NCBI RefSeq assembly: GCF_001949145.1
Contig: NW_019091355.1
Coordinates: forward strand, 2,524,646 to 2,588,645
DNA: 64,000 nt
DNA from: Acanthaster planci
Lineage: Eukaryota
Direction: 5' to 3'
The stretch's first letter is position 1, and each line of letters opens with the position of its first letter. Both the position numbers and the translations under genes were made by a program. Positions 23,961 to 37,100 of the stretch are shown here, piece by piece. The notes under the pieces were generated by a model, which saw nothing but the letters and a program-made list of their open reading frames with translations, was not told where the DNA came from and did not search any database.

Positions 23961-26900
23961 ATGCGCTCAGCTTAGTGACGTAGCGTGACAATGAAAATCT
24001 CAATGCGCGCGAAACTGTTAGTACTGCCACGCGAAGTACCGCTTTGAAAGTATCGGTATTTTTTTGCGTTAAGCGGCTCCGTGAAATAGGGCTCTGGTGT
24101 ACGATGCTCCAGAAAAACAGAAAGGCATCTCACAAATGTACTTGGCGTGGGCATGTTCCACGTTAACATCAGTCATGAGCTCGTTGCCGAGTTCACTCTT
24201 GTTACCGGTATTCACCTGATGGATTTACGGCAGTACGACAGGCTTGTCAGGGTCATGACAAGTCGGGCCATTTTTGAAAAAATCCTGGCACGTTCGGAAA
24301 TCAGCTTTGTCTTTGTTTTCCAGACGTCTGTTTTTCTTCAGATTTGGCATCCCACACACATCTTTGCTTGTGTGTGGACAAAAACTCTGGCTTGCTTCAT
24401 TTGTGAAATCGTTGGACCAGCACCGCGCTTTGCTTAGCGCTATTGGGACATAACCCGTCACAAGTACTACTTGAGCCAACTGTATGCCCTCAGAGCACTG
24501 TCGTAATGATGAAATATGACAAGTTCTTAATTAAGGATCAAGTTCGAATTTTTTTCGTTTAAATATAAAAATATACTCAAGATAGTATTGCCTCGTAGTG
24601 GGGATTTCAAGTATTTACGTCAACTCAGAGCTCATACTTAAAGTATGCCAAAGTCGTTTCAGTTGTGTGGCATAGTTTGTACATCTTTCATATGAGTTTT
24701 ATTTTGTACTGTTGTAAAGCAGTTTCTTTTACTGACTTTTTCAGTACTAACGTGGATGATCCATGATCATTATTGGGGTGTATTGTGTGAGCAGTCGTTT
24801 TAGGACCAGCTAGACTGCTCCTGCACTTCATGTGTAATCCTGGATGCTTTTGTTGTCTTTTTTGTTTTTGATTAAAAAGCACAGTGTTAATGCAAGTTGC
24901 CATTCATGTGACTCAACATCAAACTGATTATCTCTAAAATAATGAAGAGATAGTGACGATGGGTGTCCATTCGAAACCCGTACAAGCACCTCAGCTCGTG
25001 GACATGAAGTTACGTATTTATGGTTTAACTCATCAGTGCTGCGCCAACTGTAGTATATTTTGTACATATTTATTTATTTGAGTACAGAGACTACCCTTTC
25101 ATCTGATTCTTATTAAATTCAACTATCTGCTCTGACATGTTGTGATTGTGCTTATTTTGGCTTGTATGTGTCCTCACGTGTAACGGCTTTATATCAGAAA
25201 GTACAGAATACACTGTACCTTTTGAGACAGATGAGGCAAAGGTTTTGAGGGTCCGTTCTTGTGTAGCCCAATGCTAAATACTCGGACACGATGCGGTCTT
25301 ATCAGTGGCCAGATATGCTCAACAACAACCTCTAGCCAGGTTGTGGGGTCCAGATGCTCCGACCATGGAGGAAGGACACAGAAGGAGTTACAACTCGGGC
25401 ACATCAAAGTGCTCGATGATCATCGCCGCCCGGTCAGACGAACAATAGTAAACATTCCAAAAATTCCTGATTACAATCACGAAACAGTTGAATTACCGGA
25501 AGTTTGTAAAATTTAAATTCAGTTCAAATATTACACATAAATTACATGAAGCTTGAAAACAAAAAGTTATGTCAGTCCATGTATTTTTTTTTAATTCTCG
25601 CGACGACTTTTCATGTCAAAATAACTGCACGTGCCAAAAGGAAACAAACGTTGAATAAAACATTAATTTCAACAATTTTTTACAGAGACGTTGCATTAGA
25701 AAAATAAAATTCCACATTTCAGGGCGTTGTTAGTATCAAATCTTTGGCATTGATAAGAGTGCTGACATTGTATATGTAATCTAGTTCAGATATACGCAAC
25801 TGTTGAAAGTTGAAAATGCAGACATTTCACAGTGCACTGGTTTACAAACCTAGTGTGTTCAAAATTTTCTCAGACGAAGAAAAGAATACGGCTCTTGCCA
25901 TGCCATAACTAAAAACACCGATGTTTGACAAATTACTTCATGTAAAACATTAAGGTTTCTCAATGCAACAGCTGAAAATAAAATTCCGTTAAAATGGGCC
26001 GAGAAAAAAATTCTCCTCTGCCTGCTTTTTCCTTTTATTTATCTATTTATTTTTGCATCGTAGTTTCACTTATTTATTCCTAACAAAACGTACGGTTAAG
26101 TATGTACGTCCAAAATCTGTTCGTATAAACGCTGCCATGAAAAACAAAGGAACAATAATTTATGCGACAATCAGTACTTTTTTTGTATTTGAGTTCAAAC
26201 TTAAATATACCTTTGGTATAAGATGCAAATATACAAATATAAATCTACAAGTCATGTGCGGCTGATTAAAAATATGAATACTTTTAACAAAACTAATGCA
26301 TGATTAATTTTGCACACCACATCTACTGATACCTGTTTCATTGTTTACAACCAAGAAAACATTGCGCAAGGACTACCTGTTGTTTTTGGAATAAATACGC
26401 GTGCCTTAAATACTTGCGAGTAAATGTAATGCCTGTTGATTTACCATGGTTTACCCAACATTCTTAACTTGTCACGGTGCAAATAATTACCAGTGGTAGA
26501 TCCGATCTTGCACCAGGGCCGTTTTCCAATACTCAATTCGGCTCCGTCTCAGGCTTCAACTGTTTTTTTAATAGCTGACTTTGAAGCTGTAAGCGCAGTA
26601 ATCAGTCTCATAGTGCCATTGAACATCAAATAAGATGCAAAAAAAAGCCCACAATTACAGTAATCCAATTTAATTTGAACGCTTCAGGCCCACAATCGGG
26701 AATTGGTTTGGGGAACGACGCCTGAGACGGAACGAAGTTGAGCACATGTATTGGAAAACGGCCGAGGTCTGTTCGCAAACCATGTAAACATTGCATACCA
26801 CAAACGATGAACGCTTTGCACAGACTATGCAGCATAGACGAGCGTGCTGCATGTGCGCACGTGTGGTGTTTTGACAGGTAGGCCTACCAAGACGTACTTC

Positions 26901-27778
26901 CGAGAATTGGTACCATTTGCGCAGGAAGGAGTCTGGGTGTATGACCCCTCAGACGTGCCAATGGCGGAGTAAGGGAACCCCGGCACACCGTCTGTTCCTG
27001 GCAGCAAGTTTTATCTTGAATTCCTTGAAAATGACAGATCCTGTGCCAACGAAATTACATAAATTGCTCCATGTGTATATATAGGTAAGTCTTTACTTTG
27101 CATTTGTGAAATGACAATTAGCCAAAGTGTTTCACTGTGTTAGTCGTGTCTTTCGACAATTTTTAGGTGGCTTCTTTCCCGCCATATTCACATGGCTGAA
27201 GTTGTAGGTTTACATGCAGTAATCCTTATCTTCAGGACGTCTTTATGTTTTGTTTCAGTTAAATTTTTAACTTCTTACAAGGTGTTTTCAGTATAAAGTA
27301 CCTTTGCAGCCATGGAAAGTTTTCTTTCTACGTAAGTGGAGGATGTAGAAGTCATTTTGTGAGTAAGGTTACTGGAAACTATTGCTAATTTGACAGCTGA
27401 AGATAGATAGGCGTAAGTCTACTGTGTGTTAGGAACAGGGTTCTCACAGTACGTGTAAGGATTTACCTACAGACAGCTGTTGCAAGGATCAATACTGTGC
27501 AAAACTCAAGAACATTACCTGGCCAAATTGAATTTTGAATGATTTACCCATTTCAAATGATTTTGCAGGCAAACTAAGTTTCTCTTGGCAGGAAAACATT
27601 CACGGTTGAGTGGTCATTCCATGTCAAATTGCCCAATTGCTTAAGCCGAACCCTTTTCAATTTAGTTCAGTTTGGTATATGGGGGTCATAGTGACTATTC
27701 TCAGTAAAACCAAAAAGGTTGATGGATGGATTTTGTGGCAAATGTTTTAAGGAAATATCAGTCATTCATCGGTAACAT

Positions 27779-28123
27779 TCATCGGAAACTGTCCCATTCC
27801 GCAGCCAGTTCATGCAAGTTTTTATTCATCAAGGCATTTGTCTTGGCCGCAAGTTCTCTGTCAACTGGGATAGGATTACTGGCTGGCTTTGGTCTGGGGA
27901 CTTCTGTGCAGTAGGCCTTGTGAGCCACCAGTGAGGGGACAGCATTAACGTGGTACACCATAGTACTGGATGCTGTCGGTTGCTCTGTGTGGAATTCTCT
28001 GACATCGTAATTGGTGGAAGTTTCTTGCTGATTAGGTGAACGTTGTTGTGCTGAGGTTGCCGTTTCACTGCCAGTCACTGAGTTGACTGCATTTGGACTT
28101 GTTCTACTTCCCTGTGTACAATT
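27779..28123 (-). CDS. USP54: USP54-like terminal exon ([10 protein letters not shown]...[12 protein letters not shown])
   Basis: ttttgattccag acceptor; only phase 0 stays open; TGA stop. Confidence 0.75.
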   Translation of the reverse strand, partial: NCTQGSRTSPNAVNSVTGSETATSAQQRSPNQQETSTNYDVREFHTEQPTASSTMVYHVNAVPSLVAHKAYCTEVPRPKPASNPIPVDRELAAKTNALMNKNLHELAAEWDSFR

Positions 28124-31100
28124 CTGGAATCAAAACAAAAGAGCCAGTATGGAACAGAATCCCCAAAATGAGTTCTACATGTAAGGCCTTTCTTCAGTCA
28201 TGCATATTTAGTTTTAGTTTGCAATAGAAAGACTGAACTGAGCTCTTTGATTGCTCAGCCTGGCATCCTGATCAAAATGGACAACAGGTGGGTGAAAGGT
28301 GATGAGCGTTCCTGCTGATTTACAGATTGTTTGCAAGAATTTTTTGTGAGTTTTTTTTGAAGGCCTTGAGCTCAAAAGTGGCTATGCAACCTGTGACTCT
28401 CATGTTTTTAAGACGTGCTCACATCTATCTGAAGAGTTTGGTTTGCCCACTAAAATAAAAGTCTGTGGATCCCCATCCAGTCTGACAGATGGTTGAAAGG
28501 TGTTGCATTCATAGCACTAAATCCTTCAAATATGATGTCTTCTGTTCTGGACAAATAATCAGGGTCTAAGTTCATGCACTGTAATAGTGACTGCCTCAAA
28601 AGCATGTGTCCATATCAGAAGCATCAACTCAAGTGTTTTAGCTCTCCGTGTCTCACACAAGGTGCATGCAATGCATAATTTCCTTTATTGCAACTTAAAA
28701 ACAAAAATATCCAAGTAAAAACAAAGACTAACTTATTGACGATTTTTTGACATATCTGAACAGACTGTACATCGTAAACGAAACCTTCATGTGGCTTTAC
28801 TGTTTCTATCAAAGATAACAGATCTTAGAAAGTGGAAGGGTTTAAAACTTAGCCCATGAAATTCACATAGTCAGGTAAATCTCAATATTAGGACAACATA
28901 CCGGTACATTAGACATATGTGCTGTGAGGGGCTGGTTCTGATTTATCACCCTGCCTGTAGACATAGTACATGTAGGAACAAAAATGAAAAATGAATAGAA
29001 TACACACTCGTGTAATGCAAAATGCTATCAAAATTCCTGGCCAATCTTCATTAACCCTGTAATATCCACACAATATTTCCTCTTTTCGTCACTACTACAA
29101 AACTTCAACAACNNNNNNNNNNNNNNNNNNNNNNNNNNNNNNNNNNNNNNNCTCATTTCAGTTTTTCATGTTTTCAGTTAGGAAAATGGAGAGAATAGGA
29201 CAGTTTACAACATTTTAATAGGAACATCTTCAACAAAGACAGTCAAGTTTATTTTCATTCAATCTAGATTTAGTCTGCTTGCTGATGTGCATTACTAATG
29301 ACCAATAGGGAATGCTCACATTTTTTAAATGTCATACATGTGTAGAAACTCTGCTGATCATGTCATTGTAAATTCCTGAAATCTCTTTGGCTGTGTTTTA
29401 TGTCTCCAAAACTGGAACAGGTTTGGGTTCAAATATGTAACAAGTGAGTTACACAACCACCAAAGCCTTCAGGCAAGTCTCCAGAGATTAGCAAGCAGGA
29501 ATTTTTGATGGTTTCTGGCTTGGTGTGCATGTAAGCCTCAACTGTGTGAGGTTAGTCAAAAAGAAATTAAGCACAATTGTGCAACCGGTTACTTTACCTT
29601 GTGAAGTCTGCCGACAAAAAGTCCATATGAAATGGTGATCAGCAAGCAAATGTGGTTGAAAACAAGTGGAGAACAATGCAAGAAATTAAACACTGGCAAT
29701 GGGTGAGAATTGAGCCTGACAGCTTGTTACCATCCCATCACAGAATCAAATCAATAAACAGGTACATTTGGGGTTTTGAGTTGAAGAACTTACAACAGGA
29801 GCCAAGCACATGTGTACATGCAGATTTCTGCATGACATAGACTCTCACACATGATGATGACCTCAGAGTCCTGCATTGACAGAGACACTCAGAGGGTGCT
29901 GCAGGCTCCAAGCACAAGCCCTTAAACGAAAGTCCCAACACAGACCTGTACCTATTTACTGATTTAAAGGTGATGGAAAGTGACAGAATTGTCAAACATA
30001 GCTTGCATGTTTTGCGGGCAAGGGGGACCATTCATTAGTCATCCTACATGTACCAGTATGTAGACATGATTTGCTTCTGGCAGTTTGGGTATTAACCCTA
30101 ACAGTCATCAGTCCTCCCACAGGTGAAGGATTGAGGACTGTGAGGGTTAATATTTGAACGCTGAGGGACAACTGAAGAGTACAGTCAACTCTTGGTATAA
30201 AGAGTGCTCTTAAAATGCTATTTTAAAGAGCAAATTTTGAGGGTTCCCATGTCTTGACTTGTTTTGTTTTGTTTTCTTTAATTTTTTCCTGTCGTTTTAT
30301 AAGAAGATTCTGGTTGAGGTTTGAAGATTTCCCACGGTGAAGGCGACAACCAAACGTAACAGGTTAGTAGTAGCACCATGCAAACTCTCTTTTGTATGTG
30401 TGATTAAAATCAGGCAATTTTGGCCACACCAATCTTGTTATGAGAGTTGACTTCACTATATAATGCAAACAGCAAATACGTTTGATGTGGTATAGAAAAA
30501 CATCTGGGCAATCCCAATACAGTGCAATAATTTAGCTTGAAAAAAAATGCAAGCTTGAACGCAACCAGTTAACATGCAGCAGGTGTGGTGAAAACATATC
30601 AAATCTATTGGAACTATATGTATTTAATTTTAATTCTTGAGGAACTTTTCATATACATGTACATGTATATCCTTGAACTATACTTTGATTATATTTTTCA
30701 TTTCAGTGGTTCAAAATCCCGATGGTCTGCAAGTGAAACTACTAATGCAGAACAATGCTGCTATATTAAACACTGCTAAACCGAACAATCAGGTATATCA
30801 AACATTCCCTTGGGTCCATATTTTCAATACACTTTTAGAAAAAAACTGAAGCTTTGCTTTAAAACAAAAGAAAAAAGTATATATAGGATCGATGATAATG
30901 ACTTAAGAATTAAGGAAAATCTTTTTCGCGAAGGAGCAATGGCCAACACACGGGTGTGGTCAGTAGTATTCATGGGTACTTGTACAATGTGCATGTGAAT
31001 AGGTGCACAGATGCTGTAATGACTGAAAGTCGCCGAATGAACCAAACCAAACATTTTGTGTGGACCCTGTTCTGTCTGTCATAGCGGTGTTGTAATGAAA

Positions 31101-34100
31101 AGAGAAAGAGCTGTCAGCAACAGACTGGTGAGGGCCTGGCTCGGATCATATTCCTCTTCTGGACTGGTACGTATATCATTGGCAACAGATCATTGGTTTG
31201 AAATTGTTCTAAGTTCTTTAATTCGTCTTCCTTAACATAACATCAAATATGGCTTTCCAGAGATTATTTAAATGCAACCCGTATCATTCCACTAGTATCA
31301 CCTTATTCTCTGTTTATTCAATTTAAATCAGCACCATACGCTCAGTGCATTCTGAAACTTTATTGTGCAAATAATGTAAGAAAAATTACACCACTAAAGA
31401 GGAAAGCAAATCACTAAAATCAAAAACACACACCCAAACAGAAACTGTCCATCAAAATTTCAAGTTGCATTTCTCACCGTATTTGTTCTGTGGTGTCTTC
31501 GTATTGTTTTGCCATGGATCTGTTTGTACATGTATGCCTTGGTGTGTCATGCTGTGTCTCCTCTGGTCTTGGTGAATGCCTTGCTGTGTCCTGCCTTGTC
31601 CCCTTGGGTCATTGTGTTTCCATTGTTGTGTCATAAGATGTCTTCCTGGATCTTCGCGCATGCCTTGCAGTGTCGTGCCGTGTCCCCTCAGGTCTTTGTA
31701 TGTGCCTTGCTGTGTCATGCTGTGTCTCCTGAGGTCTCTGTACATGTCTTGCTGAACCGAGCTGTTCCTCATTGGATCTTCAAGCAAGTCTTGCTGGGAT
31801 GCACTGTTTCTGTCCCTTCCATCTTTGCTCAAGCCATAACTTTGACATTCATATGCTGTGCCTCTCTGCGCTTCACGTCTCAGAGGTTTCAGTGAGTCTG
31901 TTAACCAGTGTTTGGAGATAAATGACGCACTGTCAGCATTCTGATTCCTGTTGAAACTCGTCATTCCACGGTGATTGTTTTGGGCCTCCAATGACTCTTC
32001 AAACGTTCTCTTCCCGTTCAATGCATCTGTTGACCACACTCTTGCAGGTGTCTGGACATTTGGGCCCTGTCTCACCGCTGTGTTGTGGAACTTCTCTTCC
32101 TGCATGTACAACTTATGCACCTGTTGCTTCAGCTCGTCAACGCGACTGATCTCATCATACTCATCATCTAAGTTGATGAGATCAAGTTCTTTGCCTGTTT
32201 GAAGCAGCTGACTTGAGCTGTGTGTGAAATAAAATACAAAAAAGTGTATTTTGATCCAAGTACTGAATATGAGTAAGTAACCAGAGCTACTGTTGAATGA
32301 ATGCCTTTCAAAAAATCTTGCACAATGTGTAAAATATACAGAATGTCCAACATTTTTCACCCAGGTATATCAGTGTTCATCATGATGCTGAACTGAGTGA
32401 CACATCAAAACAAAGAGGTAAGTTTGCTCATCTAATCACATCTCTGTTTCAAATCTCTGAAGCCCCTTACTCTGTCTTAGCTATTGTTTCAGTCCAACCC
32501 TCTCACGCTGAAAACCTCCCGATCAGTTTTTAGCTCTGCCAAGAACTTTAAAGGTCTCAGTCCTGTTTCAGTCAGTCCCTGATTCCACCATTAAAACCCA
32601 AATCTTCAATGTGACTACAATCTTGAAGGCCGTGTCTGAATTACTTGGCTATGGCTCTATGCGGCATATGCCCCTATAGACCTGTGTCTCGGAGCAGCCA
32701 TCTTGCTTTCTACCACTAAAGCATAACAAACTGAGGCTGGAAGGATAGTCTATTCCCTTTTATCAGTAAGTGGAGATGTATTACTGTTGCCAATGGGTCT
32801 ATGGAAACAAGACAAACACGACAGTATCATGATAACGGTCTATGGAATTCACGAGTTAGTGGCTGCAGACATGTCAACAGACATGAATCGTTACTGGTTG
32901 TAGCCAGCCTAAGCCAGGTAATCCTGACACTGGAAGTTTGTGGAAAGAACGAGGCTCACCTGATGGGAGTGGTGTCATTCTGATAAGCAGGGAGGGAATC
33001 TAGCCCACGTAATAGAGTCAAACGCCTGTGCAGGTTTCTGGACTGCAGCACGGCGTTGTTATATCTGTTGTGTAGCGACTGCCACTTCTGTGGGGATATA
33101 CCATCCATTCTCAAGCACTGCTTCAACTTGGCTGAAACAAATTAAGAAAGAGAAAGCCCAGTTACATTTCCTGGTTACTCCAATGCTGATGAGATGTTTA
33201 CTGCTAGAACATCACCAAACATTTCCAATTTACATTAAAGACCAATCTGGCCAAGATTAGCCCCAGCAAGTTCTGAGATTAAATTTCTTCAACAAGAAAA
33301 TGAATCTTTGAACTCAGACTGACCTAATTCATACCCAAACAAAACTCAACATAATTTCAAGAGAATCCCAAACATAATGTAAGAAGTATTATATGTATAA
33401 CAAAATCTCCTATTCTACAGAGGTCTTGGGAGAAATGCAAACCCTACCCAATTGCTTTAGTGTACTGCTTCAAATTTTAATTATATATAAATTTTGTATT
33501 ATTATGTTAATGTCAAAGAGACGGTTACTGTTTTCTACTCACCGACTGATGCAGTGCAAAGAGCTAGAGCTGTCGCCAAGTCCCCTGCATCTCCTTTTTG
33601 TCTGGACTGGGCTTCAAGAATGGCACATTCGGCACATACTTCATCACAGATCGTATCCTTATCTTGTGTCCAACTCAAAACTTTCTCATCCCTCTCTAGC
33701 TTGTCCAGTTGTTTCTCTTCGTTAGACTTCTCAGCTGCACCCACAGTGTTGAGTCCTTTGCAGGTAGTTGTGGGTGCCTCAATGGAATGCAGGCTGCCTG
33801 AGCTGGCACTCGATCTGTCCCTGCTTCGGTAGCCAGAATCTTTGCTTGCAACCGAATCTCTGTCGCGAAGACCCTGGCCTGACATCGGGCTGCTGTTATG
33901 CATGTGCTGTTGTGAAGGCCTGTTTGTTTTGTGATCATTGCTCATGCTACTCTGAGCTCTATCAGTGTTCAGCAACTCCAGATGACTTGCATTCCAACCA
34001 GATTCTGATCCTGGATTGTGATCTCTGTCCGTCCTTTGTGAATGCTTTGAGTTGGATTGATCGTGCTGACCAGCCCAGAAGGGCTGCATGTTTTCAGCGC

Positions 34101-37100
34101 ACTCACCACCAGTTGATGATACAAATGTTCTCTCCATACCAGGCATTTGTTTGTGATTCACCTGCAACGGACGGTGCCCACTGCTACTTCCCATGCCCAT
34201 TGGCACGTCACTGGTGCTAGCTCTCTTCTGCTGGAGGTTATTCTTCACCGCGCTGGCTAGAATGCCGTCCTCTGCCATCGCAATGTTCTGAACAGAAACT
34301 GACTTGCTAGCTCTCAGGTCAAAACCCTGGTTCAGGTTGGGCACACTGCCAAACTGCATCTTACTTTCCTTCCTTGGATAGTGTACCCCTTCATGGTTCC
34401 TATTTGCTATGCTGTGAAGCATCTTGTTGGTGGACTTACTCATCTGTCCACTATCTTGCTGCTGCACTGGAATGCTATACTGTGAGTCCGACATTGTGCC
34501 ATGACTGAAAGAGTTGTGACGTTGCACAGTACCCTTTTTATCACCATTCAGCCATGACTGGGATACCTTGGGAGCCAGATCTGTGGCAGGATTTGGCCGA
34601 CCATTCCAAGATTCATGTCTCTCTAATCTTTTAGGATGGGGTGGTTTACCAGGATCTGCCACATGACGAAGAGGATAAGTCGCATTGTAACCTTGAGGAG
34701 CATCAGGTGCAGCTGATGTTGCAGCAGACAAAATAGGCACAGACAGGTCTTGAAAACTGGCAAGTGACAAATTGTCACTCGTGTCGTCACCCTGCCGAGA
34801 ATATCCCATGTCGCTCCTCAAACCATCAGACAAGGGATGAAGTTGATCCCCATGTGTCTTTGCATTTGTTCTGTTCTGCCCTATATGTAAACTCTGGTAG
34901 TTATGGTGTGATGACACACCCCCTGGTGAATAGTGGGTTTCGACATCCGGCTGCTTCACAGGTAACGGTTTCTTTAGGCTGGTGTCAAAACCCTGATTTG
35001 CCTGCACAGTGGTCTTTCCCACATAGTTGCCTTTGCCCCTGTAGCTGTCTTGACTTGCACTATGGCCACCATCGCGTCTTGCCTGGATTTTCTGCACTGC
35101 ATCATGCCCGATCTCTACGACGTACTTGTCATGCGTTTTAGATCCCTGCAACGATTCCTCTGCAATTGTGTATGCTGGCTTGTACTCCACAACTGGCTGC
35201 AATGACCGAAATTTGACGGCATTTGAGGCTTTGTGGGGATCATGTGCTAAATGGGTTCTTGAACTTCTGACATCTGTGAAGAAAACAGTTAACACTTTGA
35301 ATTATTGATCATAGTGGGCTTTAGATTTTTCAAACTTTGGGATAAATATTGCAGATTGTTTGATCAAAATGAAACCAAATAAGCTGAGAATATACAATTC
35401 AGTCAGACACACTCACACTATGAAGACAGTAACTTTGCTTTGAAGATTAGGGTATGAAAGACATTTTATTGGTACCATTTTGCTTTTTTTGTAATCATTT
35501 CATCACATACTAAAATAGGTTGATTGGCCCTATTCATCAATCAAAATCTATGCGCAACACAAAGAACATCTGCATCTGATGTTCCATGGCAAAGTTTCTT
35601 TGATAAAGTTTCAAGTGAATATCACATTTCCATCTGAGATGAAATGCAAACATTAACGTTGGGAGTACCTGTGGGACTTTTCATCTTGGTATAACCAGGT
35701 AACAATGTGGTTTCTTTGGGAGCCGTGTCTGTTGGTACGGGAGTGCCGTCAGGATTAGCAAACAGAAGCAGCAACGGCTGGGAGTGGCCTCGCTTACATC
35801 TGTTCACAACGTCCCTCCAGTTAGGTCCAACCTTCGTCAAAAGAAAGAGGCAGGAGGAATGCATAATGCAAGAAATGAAGATGTCAACGGCGTGACTAAG
35901 GCTAAAATAATTGACGAGAACTGCTTGCACAACATTACAAGCACAGTGATACTAACTTCGACTGATCGTGAAACCAGCTACTCATCTACAAATATCTAAG
36001 TGATGCATTGCAACAGTGACCTAAATTACTTCTTTCTAACGTGATCAAAACGATACTGAAAACATAACCTATGGACTCATTTTATCATCCGATCCAGATT
36101 GGTTTGCTCCTGAATGGCATGTCTACAGGAGTCATTCACAGTGCAGAAATACAGAACCTCTTTTGGTCTGGAATCGTTACTTGCTAGTAATATCTGTACC
36201 TTTCACTCCTATTTTAAGTAGAGATATGTGCACTGTTGGCCAGCAATCACCTATATTAACCCACAAGTCAGCCTGGCACTCTGTTACCTGTTTGACAGTC
36301 GCATCGTCAAAGTACACCCAGACTCTCAGCGCCGTGTTGTAGAAGAACGTTGAGTAGTGTTTGCCGTAGTATGTAACCACACCCACCAAGTGAAGAGCAG
36401 CCTGCTTCGCTTTTTCATCGACGACAGAATTAAATAACTGAAAACAAGTGAAACACATCGGTCAGTAAAATGAGCACGTGTGGATATCACTGAAGCATCA
36501 ACTTTGACAAACTAAATCAATGTATTTCAGTCGTAGGTCCTTCTTAAATGAATGAAACTCAGGCTTCAAAACATTCCAAATATGAAAGGTAAATTACAAC
36601 TGCCAATTTGTGATGACAATCAGCTTTCGTCTTGTTACGTACCACATTAAATTTTTAAGGAGAGTGCTTTTCGTCCGGATAAATGTGTGCGTTTTTCCAT
36701 TTTATTTATTCATTTCATAATATTTTCTTCCTATTCGGGGGCTGAGGGCTCAAATCAACTGATGGCAAGCCCTAATGAGTTGCAACCACGAAGAGAGTTC
36801 ATTTTCTCACAAGACAGGTTGCTTGCTCAGACGAAAATTTCACAAGACCTAGATGTGCCATGTAATATATTTTACACGCATGAGCTTGGCAACCCAAGGC
36901 CAACACTGTCCCTTGCCCTAACAGAGCTCAAGAAGAGTCACCTACATCTACGAGCCTCCATGTTCAGGGCCCTACATTACTTTTATGTACACGTACATAT
37001 GGATGTCGAAACTGAGTAACATAACAGTGTCAAACTTTACTTGGAAATGCATACATTCTAAGCAATTACTGAAAGAACAGTTTGGAAAATGGACACATTG

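Noticed and set aside
26888..26997. Superficial likeness of a - strand peptide (GTDGVPG...SCANGTNSRKYVL) to a regulin-type micropeptide
   Set aside because: No ATG, no adequate transmembrane helix, similarity too weak to support; kept only as an unexplained island.
31515..31796. Regularly spaced repeats as a CRISPR-like array
   Set aside because: Degenerate in-frame coding repeats in a eukaryotic exon, with no unique spacers and no cas genes.
33187..33225. CTGATGAG atgtt...aacat hairpin
   Set aside because: No GAAA core; an ordinary short hairpin.
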